64,000 nucleotides of DNA from Pyrinomonadaceae bacterium (GTDB lineage: Bacteria; Acidobacteriota; Blastocatellia; Pyrinomonadales; Pyrinomonadaceae). The stretch covers positions 70,249-134,248 of the forward strand of contig DASSFI010000080.1 of the NCBI GenBank assembly GCA_035694465.1. The letters are read 5' to 3'. Made by a program: the position numbers and the translations under genes. Of this stretch, positions 9,130 through 18,391 are shown piece by piece. The notes beneath the pieces were generated by a model that had not been told where the DNA came from, did no database searches, and worked only from the letters and a program-made list of their open reading frames with translations. Numbering within the stretch: position 1 is the stretch's first letter; each line of letters starts with the position of its first letter.

Positions 9130-9501
9130 TTAGACAGGAGGTGCAGGCGGTGAATCGGGTAAGACGATCCCGTGCACGGCTTCCCAGTCATCCGTTGGCA
9201 CCATCTCGATCGCATCCCACGGACAACCATCGAGAAAGGCACCGTCAGGACCTTTACTGGTGCACTTCTGGCAACCAATGCACAGATAGGGATCAACTTC
9301 GATTCTGCCGAACGGAGCGTGATCTTCGTCAGGCACCCAGAACATGCATGCTTCGATCGGACAATACTCGACACATGCGGGTGACCCGGAGCAGCCGGTG
9401 CAACAATCAGTAGTAATCGCAAGTATGCGTGGCCGCTTCTTGCGTGTGGCCTTTCCGTCGCCCTCCGACATAGGCCAGTGTTTTTCCACGATGTCGAACA
9501 T
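9130..9501 (-). CDS. 4Fe-4S dicluster ferredoxin-domain protein
   Basis: Two cluster motifs: CCTGCSGSPACVEYCP and CIGCQKC...CPWDA. Confidence 0.8.
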   Translation of the reverse strand: MFDIVEKHWPMSEGDGKATRKKRPRILAITTDCCTGCSGSPACVEYCPIEACMFWVPDEDHAPFGRIEVDPYLCIGCQKCTSKGPDGAFLDGCPWDAIEMVPTDDWEAVHGIVLPDSPPAPPV

Positions 9502-9658
9502 CCGCTAACCCTCGCGTTTTGTTAGTTGATCGCGGTTCGACTCTAACATAGCTTTGCGGAATTCCTCAACGATTTGTGTCGACGCCTTTCTCAGCCTGCT
9601 GCGGAATAGCACTAGCGTCAGAAAAGCCCGGTAGATAACAACATTGGGAGGAATACAC

Positions 9659-10423
9659 ATGCAGGTAGTCACGGGAGTATTCAAATCAGAAAATAACGCT
9701 GAAGCTGCTGTCAATCAGTTAAGAAGTCTGGGAATTCCTGAAAAAAGAATCGGAATTGTCCGGCCGGGCAATAGGCCGGAACGGCTCGAGGCGGGTGTGC
9801 CGGTTACTGATACTGAAGAGCCTGGAATGGGACGCGCCATGGGCGCTGCGGTCGGAGGCGCAATGGGCGCCGCTGGTGGCGCTACCGCCGGTCTGGCCGT
9901 CGCAAGTCTGGTCGTGCCCGGTATTGGACCATTGCTCGCATTTGGAATGGTCGGTGCGGGATTGCTGGGCATTGTCGGAGCGGCTGCGGGTTCTGCCGTT
10001 GGCGACAGCGTCGAACAAGAGTTGGGCGAAGGTATTCCTCACGAAGACGTCTATCTTTATGAAGACGCACTGAGACACGGGCATTCAGTAGTGCTGACCT
10101 ATGCGGACGAGGGCGATCAGGCTAACAAAGCCGCGAAGGCGATCCATACAGCCGGCGCTGAAGACATCGAAACACTGCGCGAAAATTGGTGGCAGGAATT
10201 GCGTGACGGCGAGCGGAGTCATTACGGTGAAGAGTTTGAGCGGGACGAACCGAATTACCGGCGTGGTTACGAAGCGGCGCTCCATCCGAAGCGCAGAGAA
10301 AAGGCTTATTCCGAGGTTGAAGATGAACTTCGCACCGCTTATGCCAACACAGTGCTTGACAGACCGTTTCAGTCCGGGTATGAACGCGGGTCAAATCATC
10401 GTTCGAGACGGGAGACTCGCTAA
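9659..10423 (+). CDS. General-stress-type protein (YflT/GSP17M-like N-terminus) with glycine-zipper membrane segment
   Basis: ATG at 9659, 7 nt after GGGAGG. N-terminus VVTGVFKSENNAEAAVNQLRSLG, then a Gly/Ala-rich hydrophobic stretch and an acidic C-terminal half. Confidence 0.55.
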   Translation: MQVVTGVFKSENNAEAAVNQLRSLGIPEKRIGIVRPGNRPERLEAGVPVTDTEEPGMGRAMGAAVGGAMGAAGGATAGLAVASLVVPGIGPLLAFGMVGAGLLGIVGAAAGSAVGDSVEQELGEGIPHEDVYLYEDALRHGHSVVLTYADEGDQANKAAKAIHTAGAEDIETLRENWWQELRDGERSHYGEEFERDEPNYRRGYEAALHPKRREKAYSEVEDELRTAYANTVLDRPFQSGYERGSNHRSRRETR

Positions 10424-10426
10424 CGT

Positions 10427-10591
10427 TTGAAGGACTTTCTGCTGAACGCTGCCGTCCTTATCATCATCCTTGGCGGCAGCGCATTCATTACTAGTTGGTT
10501 TGCGCGAACGATGTACGTTCGCTGCACAGCTTGCGGCACTCTCAATGCGCGCCGGCGCACGGAGTGCCGCTCGTGTAACACCACACTTTAA
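10427..10591 (+). CDS. Possible 54-aa TM plus zinc-ribbon mini-protein
   Basis: Below the 60-aa cutoff of the ORF track. TTG 4 nt after the previous stop. One hydrophobic helix, then CTACG...CRSC. Confidence 0.25.
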   Translation: MKDFLLNAAVLIIILGGSAFITSWFARTMYVRCTACGTLNARRRTECRSCNTTL

Positions 10592-10604
10592 GCGCCCTGG
10601 TTTT

Positions 10605-10654
10605 ATCCACAGATTACACAGATTGATTTATTTGAATCTGTGTAATCTGTGGAT
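10605..10654. repeat. Family A perfect inverted repeat (20-bp arms, 10-nt loop)
   Basis: atccacagattacacagatt gatttatttg aatctgtgtaatctgtggat. Confidence 0.9.
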
Positions 10655-10680
10655 AAGAATCTCAATTGCAGGACGACATC

Positions 10681-12414
10681 ATGACAACACCAATACCTCC
10701 GGAATGGCGCACGCACGCCGAAAGCACCGATTATCGCGAAACACCAAATTACGACGATACGATCGCCTTTGCACGGCGGCTGGCCCACGCGTCGTCAATC
10801 ATCGAATATGAGGGGTTTGGCTTCAGCGGACAGGGCCGGGAATTACCGCTCATAATCGCCTCCGAGACGCAAACCTTTACCGCCGCCGCAGCGAAGACTG
10901 AAGGAAAAGCCGTGGTCCTGATCCAGGCTTGTATTCACTCCGGTGAACCTGACGGTAAAGACGCCGGGTTTGCACTCCTGCGCGATATAGCGATCACTCA
11001 AACCGTCACTGGGATCCTCAACAACGTGGTGTTGCTCTTTATCCCGATCTACAACACCGACGGTCACGAAAGATCCAGCCCCTACAACCGCATCAATCAG
11101 AACGGACCGGTTGATATGGGCTGGCGCACCACCAGCACTTACCAGAATCTAAATCGCGATTACATGAAAGCCGACACGCCCGAAACACGTGCCTGGCTGA
11201 GCCTCTGGCATCAATGGCAACCCGATCTGTTCATCGATTGTCACGTCACCGACGGCGCCGATTACCGTTGTAACATCACGTTTCATCACGAACACCACGA
11301 CGGAGTCGACGACGCCGTGCTTGCCTGGGAGCGAGATGTCTTTGACGACAAGGTTGCATCTGCAACGGAAGCCGCCGGCAACGTGATCTCCTGGTATCTC
11401 GAGTTTATTGATAATCGCAATCTTGAGCTCGGTACGAGAGACTTCAACGGCTCGCCGCGATTTTCCACCGGCTATGTACCGCTGCGGAATCGTCCGGGGA
11501 TTTTGATCGAAACTCACATGATCAAAGACTACCGCTCGCGGGTCATCGGCACTTACGATTTTCTCAAAGCCGCGCTGATCGAAGTTAATCGTGATCCGGA
11601 TCGATTACGAACGATCGGACGCGAGGCAGACGAACGCACCATTGCCGCAGGAAAGACTTTCGATCCGGATGAGCGTTTTCCGCTTGATTTCGATTTGACC
11701 GACACGCCAACGCCATTTGCACTCAAGGCCTTCAACTACGAGACGAAGCAAAGCGATGTGTCAGGTGATCTGCGCGTGATTTACGGACGCGAGCCACTGG
11801 ATTTGACCGTGCCGATCTATCAAACGTTTCGTGTCAAAACAGCCGTTGCCCCGCCGCTCTATTACATCGTGCCGGCGCAGTGGAAGGAAGTTATTGGTGT
11901 GCTTAAAGCACACGGTGTGCAAATGAAGACCCTCGCCGCGTTTACTTCGCTCGAGATTGAGAGTTATCGGTTTACTAATGTGATGTGGCCGCGTGAACCA
12001 TTTGAGGGCAGGCACATGCCACACTTTGATGTGGAGAACACTGTCGAGACGAGAGTTTTTCCTCCCGGCTCTGCGGTCGTGCCTGTGGGACAGAAGTTGG
12101 GTCGCGTGATTCTGAATTTACTTGAACCGCACGCACCAGACTCGCTCGCCCGTTGGGGCTTCTTCAACGCCATCTTCGAAGAGAAGGAATACGCCGAACA
12201 CTACGTGCTCGAAGACCTGGCTCGCGAGATGATGGCTAACGATCCGGCCCTGGAGCAGGAGTTCAGGCAGCGTCTTGCGCGGGACGCAGAGTTTGCCGCC
12301 AGCCCCTCGGAGCGCTTGCGGTTTTTCTACAAACGTTCACCCTACTGGGATCCGCAAATGAATCTTTATCCAGTAGGGCGAATCATTCGTGATTTCGATC
12401 TGCCACTAGTCTAA
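10681..12414 (+). CDS. M14-family zinc carboxypeptidase-like protein
   Basis: HSGE (HxxE) zinc motif in ACIHSGEPDG, then NTDGHE and IDCHV as in M14 peptidases. ATG at 10681 preferred over the TTG at 10666. Confidence 0.75.
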   Translation: MTTPIPPEWRTHAESTDYRETPNYDDTIAFARRLAHASSIIEYEGFGFSGQGRELPLIIASETQTFTAAAAKTEGKAVVLIQACIHSGEPDGKDAGFALLRDIAITQTVTGILNNVVLLFIPIYNTDGHERSSPYNRINQNGPVDMGWRTTSTYQNLNRDYMKADTPETRAWLSLWHQWQPDLFIDCHVTDGADYRCNITFHHEHHDGVDDAVLAWERDVFDDKVASATEAAGNVISWYLEFIDNRNLELGTRDFNGSPRFSTGYVPLRNRPGILIETHMIKDYRSRVIGTYDFLKAALIEVNRDPDRLRTIGREADERTIAAGKTFDPDERFPLDFDLTDTPTPFALKAFNYETKQSDVSGDLRVIYGREPLDLTVPIYQTFRVKTAVAPPLYYIVPAQWKEVIGVLKAHGVQMKTLAAFTSLEIESYRFTNVMWPREPFEGRHMPHFDVENTVETRVFPPGSAVVPVGQKLGRVILNLLEPHAPDSLARWGFFNAIFEEKEYAEHYVLEDLAREMMANDPALEQEFRQRLARDAEFAASPSERLRFFYKRSPYWDPQMNLYPVGRIIRDFDLPLV

Positions 12415-12421
12415 TTTAACA

Positions 12422-12467
12422 GACGCCCGACGAGTGATCGCTGGCCTTCAAATTACTGTCGGGCGTC
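12422..12467. terminator. Stem-loop between convergent genes (possible bidirectional terminator)
   Basis: gacgcccgac (12422-12431) is perfectly complementary to gtcgggcgtc (12458-12467), with a 26-nt loop. No clear U tract. Confidence 0.4.
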
Positions 12468-12496
12468 GAGCAGGGCAAACAGTGTGTAGTTTGCCT

Positions 12497-12649
12497 TTAT
12501 ATGACCGTTCGTCGGCCTCCGATAATGTTGATAAGCAGCACCACGAGCGCCAACACCAGCAGGATATGTATGAACCCACCAACGGTGTAGCTGCTCACCA
12601 CGCCGAGTAACCACAGCACCAAAAGAATTACAAAAATCGTCCAAAGCAT
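12497..12649 (-). CDS. lmo0937-family small membrane protein (50 aa)
   Basis: Missed by the ORF track. AGGAGG upstream of the ATG. Product is MLWTIFVILLVLWLLGVVSSYTVGGFIHILLVLALVVLLINIIGGRRTVI, two TM helices typical of this family. Confidence 0.6.
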   Translation of the reverse strand: MLWTIFVILLVLWLLGVVSSYTVGGFIHILLVLALVVLLINIIGGRRTVI

Positions 12650-13013
12650 TTCGTCTTCCTCCTTTTGTCGACCACGCCCAAGTTTCGTTGGTACAAAAGC
12701 AATCGCTCTCGTTTTAGCAACGACTATGCCATTTTTGTTTCTGGGCTTTTTGGAAGGAATGTGCGACGGAAGCGTATGAAAATGTATCAGTCAGGAACTA
12801 CGGATGGTACGGATTTTAAAATACCGAGGAAACGCGGAACGATCCGAAATCATCTGTTCTCAAGTTCTGTTGAATCTGTGTTAAAGTTGTGACAGCAGTC
12901 GCGCGGGTCCTTCCATCGAAGTTCCGTCGCTTTACAACCCCGATTTTTTGGTTCTTGAATCTGTGTCTAGCCGGCCTGAGGTGCACTCTGCCGGATCATT
13001 TGGAGGTTTGTTT

Positions 13014-14780
13014 ATGCCCACCCCCAGCCCACGGGTATCCGTTCGCACACGGAAAGTCGCCATCGTTGGCCTCTCAGTCATCATTCTTACCGTCGTCGTT
13101 GCAGCCTCGATCGCGGTTTATCAATGGCAGCAATCACCAGTTCAAAAGATTAATTACTCCCAGCTTTATACGCTTGCAGAAACCGGCGGCGCCGTTTCAC
13201 TTTCCGTTGAAGGCGAGACTTTAACTGTCAACAAGACAGATGGCTCGCGCGTCGAAGCGACGGTCACAGGCGAGACTACGCAACATGAAGTGGTGCAGCT
13301 TTTCCGGAAGAACAACGTGCCGGTCGAGTTTCGGCCACTACAGCCAGGACCGCTATCAACAATTGTCAGTTGGGTGCTGCCGATTCTGACGCTGGGTTTA
13401 ATCGGATTTGCGAGTTGGCGCGTCTACTCGAGCATGAGTGGGCGTGGTTCGTTTGAGCTGGAGAATCACAACGGGAAACAGGATGTCGGCTTTGACGATG
13501 TTGCCGGTGTCGATGAGGCGCGGGCTGAGCTAACGGAAACGATTGAGTTTTTGCGCAATCCGGAACGCTTTAGCCGGCTGGGCGGCCGTGTTCCGCGTGG
13601 CATTCTGCTTTACGGTCCTCCGGGAACAGGCAAGACGCTGTTGGCCAGGGCTGCAGCAAAGGAAGCGGGTGTGGCGTTCCTTTCAGCGTCAGGCTCGAGT
13701 TTCCAGGAGAAATTTGCCGGTCTGGGCGCCGCGCGCGTGCGACATCTGTTTGCGAAGGGAAGAAAGCTTTCACCCTGCATTATCTTCATCGACGAAATTG
13801 ACGCGCTCGGACGGCAGCGTGGGCGCGGTGGCGATTCCGCCTCTGCCGATCAGGATCAGACGTTGAACCAGTTGCTGGTTGAGATGGATGGGTTCGATCA
13901 GTCAAGCGCGGTGGTTGTGATTGCGTCGACGAACCGGCCGGACATTCTCGACAAGGCACTCACGCGTCCGGGACGTTTTGATCGAGAGATCGCAGTTAAT
14001 CTCGCCGACGTTTCGGGACGTGAAGCGATTCTTAAAGTTCACGCGCGCAACCTCAAACTCGAAGAAGGTCTCGACCTGCAATGGATCGCACGTGGGACTC
14101 CCGGATTTTCCGGTGCAGAGCTCGCGAATCTCATGAACGAAGCCGCCATCGCTGCGACTCGTGATGATGCTCCGGCCGTCGCTCGCAAGCACGTCGAGAT
14201 TGCGCGCGATCGCATTTTGATGGGCGCCGAGCGACAGGGCTTCATGATGGATGAGGACGAGCGCTACGCGACCGCGGTGCACGAAGCCGGTCACGTTGCC
14301 GTTGGTTTAGCAGTTGAGAACGGCGACCCGATTCACAAGGTGTCGATCCTGCCTCGTGGACGAGCGTTAGGCGTGACGCAATCGTTGCCCGAGCGCGATC
14401 GGTTTATGAAGAAGCGCGAATACCTCGAAGACCAGATCGCATTGTTGTTGGGCGGTCGTGCCGCGGAGCAGGTGCTGCTCTCGACGATGACGGCCGGTGC
14501 TTCGAACGATATCGAGCGCGCAGTTGAGATTGCGCGCAGGATGGTCAGTGAATTCGGTATGAGCCGGCTCGGCCCGATTCACCTCGGCCAGGCAGATCAA
14601 CAGCGTAGCCAGAGTCTGCTGGATAGAGTTGAAGAAGCAACGAACGAACTGATCAACGAGCAACTCGAGCGCGCCTGCCGGGTTGTGACCGCGGAGCAGG
14701 AGTCGATCGGACGTTTGGTTGGGCTCTTGATGGAACGCGATACGCTCGATGCTGAAGAGATAGCGAGCTGCTTCAACTAG
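13014..14780 (+). CDS. ftsH: ATP-dependent zinc metalloprotease FtsH
   Basis: GGAGG 7 nt before the ATG at 13014. Two TM helices, Walker A GPPGTGKT, Walker B IIFIDEID, zinc site HEAGH. Confidence 0.9.
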   Translation: MPTPSPRVSVRTRKVAIVGLSVIILTVVVAASIAVYQWQQSPVQKINYSQLYTLAETGGAVSLSVEGETLTVNKTDGSRVEATVTGETTQHEVVQLFRKNNVPVEFRPLQPGPLSTIVSWVLPILTLGLIGFASWRVYSSMSGRGSFELENHNGKQDVGFDDVAGVDEARAELTETIEFLRNPERFSRLGGRVPRGILLYGPPGTGKTLLARAAAKEAGVAFLSASGSSFQEKFAGLGAARVRHLFAKGRKLSPCIIFIDEIDALGRQRGRGGDSASADQDQTLNQLLVEMDGFDQSSAVVVIASTNRPDILDKALTRPGRFDREIAVNLADVSGREAILKVHARNLKLEEGLDLQWIARGTPGFSGAELANLMNEAAIAATRDDAPAVARKHVEIARDRILMGAERQGFMMDEDERYATAVHEAGHVAVGLAVENGDPIHKVSILPRGRALGVTQSLPERDRFMKKREYLEDQIALLLGGRAAEQVLLSTMTAGASNDIERAVEIARRMVSEFGMSRLGPIHLGQADQQRSQSLLDRVEEATNELINEQLERACRVVTAEQESIGRLVGLLMERDTLDAEEIASCFN

Positions 14781-14839
14781 GCACAAAGAGGCACAAAAGC
14801 ACAAGACACCCATTTGGGGTTTTTGTGCTTTTTTGTGGC
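14780..14839. repeat. Family B inverted pair between convergent ftsH and pdhC
   Basis: ggcacaaagaggcacaaaagcacaag ... ttttgtgcttttttgtggc. Both stop codons lie in the arms. Confidence 0.8.
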
Positions 14840-16128
14840 TAAACGACGAGGTAGAGTGGATTCTCCAGGATCTTCTTGAATGTCTGCAGGAACTTTGCTC
14901 CGGTGGCGCCGTCGATGATGCGGTGGTCGCATGACATGGTGACGCGCATCATCTGCCGGATTACGATTTCATTATCACGGACGACCGGTTTTGCCGTCAT
15001 CGCACCGATTGCGAGTATTCCGCCTTCTGGCGGATTGATGACCGCGGTGAACTCGTCGATACCAAACATACCGAGATTACTGATCGAGAACGTCGCGCCC
15101 GTGTACTCTTCCGGCTTCAACTTCCGCGAACGCGCCCGTTCTGCCAACTCGCGCACCTCGGCGGCAATCTGGCTGAGTGATTTTTGATCGGCCGCGCGAA
15201 TCACAGGCGTAATCAGACCATCTTCAATTGCGACTGCGACGCCGATGTCGGCGTGTTCGTAATACCTGACAATCTTTTCCTGAAACGACGCATTGACTTG
15301 CGGATGCTGCATCAGAGCGGCCGCAGTCACCTTGATGATGATGTCGTTGATACTGATCTTGAGATCCGGGTCGAGCGCATTGATGCCGCGACGCATCTCG
15401 GCCGCGCGATCCATCTCGATGTCGGTGGTAAGAAAGAAATGTGGTATCGGCCCGAGCGACGTAACCAGACGTTTCGCGATGACTTTGCGGATCTCCGTGG
15501 CTGGTTCGTCTCGATAGGCTGTAGCTCCGAATTGAGTCGCTGCAACACGCGGATAGCTCGGCGCAGCTTCGGCTTTGGGCTGGCTCAATGCCGCCTCGAT
15601 GTCTCGCTTGATGATGCGTCCATTTGGTCCACTGCCCTGGAGCGAACGCAGATCGATACCTGCTTCAGCGGCCATGCGCGCCGCGAGCGGTGAGACAATC
15701 ATGCGACCTGAATCGGATTGTGGTTGACGCCCGTTAACAACCGCTGGCTGAGGTGGAGCACTTGCAGTGGCCGGCTTGGCTGTTGACGCTGGCGCAGGTT
15801 GCGCAGGTGCTTTCTCCGGCTCCGGTTTCTTTTGCTCTTGCGGTTTCGCGGCTGCCGGTGCTTCCGCCAACACAGACGCAATGTCTTCGTTGGGGTCGCC
15901 GATGACGGCGATCAACTGCCCGAGCGGCGCCGACTGTCCTTCACCAATAATAATCTTGCGCAGGACACCGTTTGCGAGTGCCTGCATTTCCATGGTCGCC
16001 TTGTCAGTATCGATTTCGGCGAGCGGCTCGCCCATCGAGACCTTGTCGCCCTCTTTTTTCAACCAACGCGAGATCTGTCCCTCCTCCATGGTTGGGGAGA
16101 GCTTCGGCATGATTACCTTCGTCGCCAT
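14839..16128 (-). CDS. pdhC: Dihydrolipoamide acetyltransferase (E2) of a pyruvate/2-oxoacid dehydrogenase complex
   Basis: Lipoyl domain (EIDTDKATME), Ala/Pro linker, subunit-binding domain, catalytic CDHRIIDG motif. Confidence 0.9.
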   Translation of the reverse strand: MATKVIMPKLSPTMEEGQISRWLKKEGDKVSMGEPLAEIDTDKATMEMQALANGVLRKIIIGEGQSAPLGQLIAVIGDPNEDIASVLAEAPAAAKPQEQKKPEPEKAPAQPAPASTAKPATASAPPQPAVVNGRQPQSDSGRMIVSPLAARMAAEAGIDLRSLQGSGPNGRIIKRDIEAALSQPKAEAAPSYPRVAATQFGATAYRDEPATEIRKVIAKRLVTSLGPIPHFFLTTDIEMDRAAEMRRGINALDPDLKISINDIIIKVTAAALMQHPQVNASFQEKIVRYYEHADIGVAVAIEDGLITPVIRAADQKSLSQIAAEVRELAERARSRKLKPEEYTGATFSISNLGMFGIDEFTAVINPPEGGILAIGAMTAKPVVRDNEIVIRQMMRVTMSCDHRIIDGATGAKFLQTFKKILENPLYLVV

Positions 16129-16148
16129 AATCTGTGCAATCTTTGGAT
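16129..16148. repeat. Family A single arm (variant) in the pdhB-pdhC junction
   Basis: aatctgtgcaatctttggat starts immediately after the pdhC start codon complement. The junction is 26 nt in total. Confidence 0.6.
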
Positions 16149-16154
16149 AGAGTT

Positions 16155-17138
16155 CTAGTCTAAATAAGAAACTTCTCGAACAGCCGCGATTATCCGGTTC
16201 ACATCGGGTATCGCCAGATCTTCGAGGTTCTTCGCATAAGGCATCGGTACGTCAGCACCCGAGACTCGCTTCACGGGAGCATCGAGATAGTCGAACGCAC
16301 GCTCCATGATCTCGGCAGTGATCTCAGCGCCAACACCGCAGATCGGATGCGATTCTTCCGCCACGACAACGCGATTTGTTTTCTTCACTGACTCGATGAT
16401 CGTACCGATGTCGAGTGGACGAATGGTTCGTGGATCGATCACCTCACACGAAACACCTTGCTCTTCGAGTTGTGCGGCTGCTTTCAGTGCGACCGGGACC
16501 ATCAGCGAACGAGCGACGATCGTCACGTCTTTTCCTTCGCGTTTGACGTCGGCGACACCGAGGGGAATCGTGAAATCAGGATCGTCAGGCACTTCGCCTT
16601 TGTTTCCGTACATTCGTTCCTGCTCGATAAACACCACCGGATCGTCGTCGCGAATCGCAGACTTCAGGAGGCCTTTTGCGTCGGCCGGCGTCGACGGCAT
16701 GACGACCTTCAAGCCCGGGAAATATGCGTACCACGACTCGATCGCCTGCGAGTGCTGCGACGAAACCTGAAACGCCGAACCGCCTGGACCACGAAACACA
16801 ATCGGAATGTTGAACTGGCCGCCTGACATGTAGAGCATCTTCGCGGCGGAGTTAATAATTTGATCGGTGGCAAGGATCGAGAAGTTGAAGGTCATGAACT
16901 CGACGACGGGTCTCAACCCCGCCATCGCTGCGCCCACGCCAAGTCCGGCAAAACCAAGCTCGGTGATCGGCGTGTCAATAACTCGCTTGCCGCCAAATTC
17001 GTGGAACAGTCCCTTGGTAACTTTGTAAGCGCCGTCGTACTCGGCGACTTCCTCGCCCATCAGGAAAACTTTTTCATCGCGGGCCAACTCTTCACGGAGG
17101 GCCTGGTTAAGTGCTTCGCGGATCGTAATTGTCGGCAT
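16155..17138 (-). CDS. pdhB: Pyruvate dehydrogenase E1 component beta subunit
   Basis: 327-aa transketolase-like pyrimidine-binding and C-terminal domains, between the E1 alpha and E2 genes. Confidence 0.9.
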   Translation of the reverse strand: MPTITIREALNQALREELARDEKVFLMGEEVAEYDGAYKVTKGLFHEFGGKRVIDTPITELGFAGLGVGAAMAGLRPVVEFMTFNFSILATDQIINSAAKMLYMSGGQFNIPIVFRGPGGSAFQVSSQHSQAIESWYAYFPGLKVVMPSTPADAKGLLKSAIRDDDPVVFIEQERMYGNKGEVPDDPDFTIPLGVADVKREGKDVTIVARSLMVPVALKAAAQLEEQGVSCEVIDPRTIRPLDIGTIIESVKKTNRVVVAEESHPICGVGAEITAEIMERAFDYLDAPVKRVSGADVPMPYAKNLEDLAIPDVNRIIAAVREVSYLD

Positions 17139-17143
17139 GATTA

Positions 17144-18226
17144 TTATTTGCGGCCCGGCTCGATTGGGTTGGCATAGACGTCTGTGTACAGTTCCGAAGG
17201 ATCCGGCAACGGACTCTCATCGGCAAAACGCACCGCGTCTTCCACTTCTTCATGGATTTTGTGGTCGATGTCGTCGAGCGTTTTTTGATCGACGATCTTT
17301 TCTTCGAGCAGGGTGGCGGAAAACAATTTGAGCGGATCGCGTTCCTGGTACTTCTCGATTTCTGCCCGCGTGCGATAGTTGCCGGGATCAGACATCGAGT
17401 GGCCCATAAAACGATAAGTGCGAATCTCCAGCAGTGTCGGCAGATAATCCTTACGGGCGCGTTCGACCGCGCGAACCGTTGCTTCACGCACGGCGAGCAC
17501 GTCCATGCCGTCGACAAACTCCGATGCCATTTCGTAAGCGCAGGCTTTCTTGGAGATGTCGTGCAGAGACATTGCCCGGGCGAGGGAAGTGCCCATGCCG
17601 TACTGATTGTTCTCGCAGATGTAAATGCACGGCAGCTTCCAGAGCTGGGCCATGTTGAGCGATTCGTGGAAGGCGCCCTGGTTCACGGCTGCTTCACCGA
17701 AATAACAGAGAGTCACTTGATCGGTGCCCTGGTATTTGGTCGCGAAGGCAGTGCCGGTGGCGAGCGGAATCTGACCGCCGACGATTGCGTGACCGCCGAG
17801 AAAGCCGAGACTCTTGTCGAACATGTGCATCGAGCCGCCTTTGCCTTTTGAGCAACCGGTGGCTTTGCCATAAAGCTCGGCCATGATGGCGCGTGCACTC
17901 ATGCCTTTAGCGAGTGCGAGACCATGTTCGCGGTAGCTTGCCAGTACGTAGTCGTCTTTTCTGACGGCGGAAATCGTGCCGACGCCAACGGCTTCCTGGC
18001 CGATGTACAAGTGACAGAAGCCACCGATCTTACCGGCGACATAAACTTCTGCCGACTTCTCCTCGAAGCGACGGATCAAAAGCATCTGCCGGTAGAGTTC
18101 GATTAGTTGATCGACCTTGAGCCCACTGCTGTTGACTCGGTCTTTCTGATGTTCCTTGGCCTCGTCCCGTTCCTGTTTGAGCAGTTTGGGATCTACATCT
18201 GGGGGTTCGATTGTTTGTTTGCTCAT
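17144..18226 (-). CDS. pdhA: Pyruvate dehydrogenase E1 component alpha subunit
   Basis: ThDP-binding region [19 protein letters not shown]. Start moved to ATG 18226 because the 13 upstream codons are translated Family B repeat. Confidence 0.85.
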   Translation of the reverse strand: MSKQTIEPPDVDPKLLKQERDEAKEHQKDRVNSSGLKVDQLIELYRQMLLIRRFEEKSAEVYVAGKIGGFCHLYIGQEAVGVGTISAVRKDDYVLASYREHGLALAKGMSARAIMAELYGKATGCSKGKGGSMHMFDKSLGFLGGHAIVGGQIPLATGTAFATKYQGTDQVTLCYFGEAAVNQGAFHESLNMAQLWKLPCIYICENNQYGMGTSLARAMSLHDISKKACAYEMASEFVDGMDVLAVREATVRAVERARKDYLPTLLEIRTYRFMGHSMSDPGNYRTRAEIEKYQERDPLKLFSATLLEEKIVDQKTLDDIDHKIHEEVEDAVRFADESPLPDPSELYTDVYANPIEPGRK

Positions 18227-18241
18227 AAAACGTCGGATTAT

Positions 18242-18383
18242 GCCACAAAGAAGAGTTAGCCACAAAAAGGAACAAAATGCACAAAAACGATTAGTGAGTG
18301 AAGGCGCCCTGGAAATCCTATGAAAAGAAAAATGAACGCCTTCAATGAATAATCATTTTGTGCCTTTTGTGCCTTTTTGTGGC
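18242..18383. repeat. Family B extended inverted structure upstream of pdhA
   Basis: Left: gccacaaag...gccacaaaaaggaacaaaatgcacaaaaac. Right: ttttgtgccttttgtgcctttttgtggc. An inner 7-bp stem gaaggcg/cgccttc is present. Confidence 0.75.
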
Positions 18384-18391
18384 TAAACCTG

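Noticed and set aside
9520-9550. tRNA-like T-loop string ggttcgactc
   Set aside because: No complementary T-stem, acceptor stem or anticodon arm can be drawn around it. It lies in the ferredoxin promoter region.
10470-10811. 113-aa ORF spanning the perfect Family A hairpin, and ORF 12453-12644
   Set aside because: The first merely translates the repeat (IHRLHRLIYLNLCNLWIRI) and overlaps the M14 gene start. The second is out of frame with a much better lmo0937-type small gene that has a strong ribosome-binding site.
14839-18226. Absence of an E3 (lipoamide dehydrogenase) gene next to pdhABC as an anomaly
   Set aside because: E3 is often encoded elsewhere and shared between complexes, so its absence here is not informative within one window.
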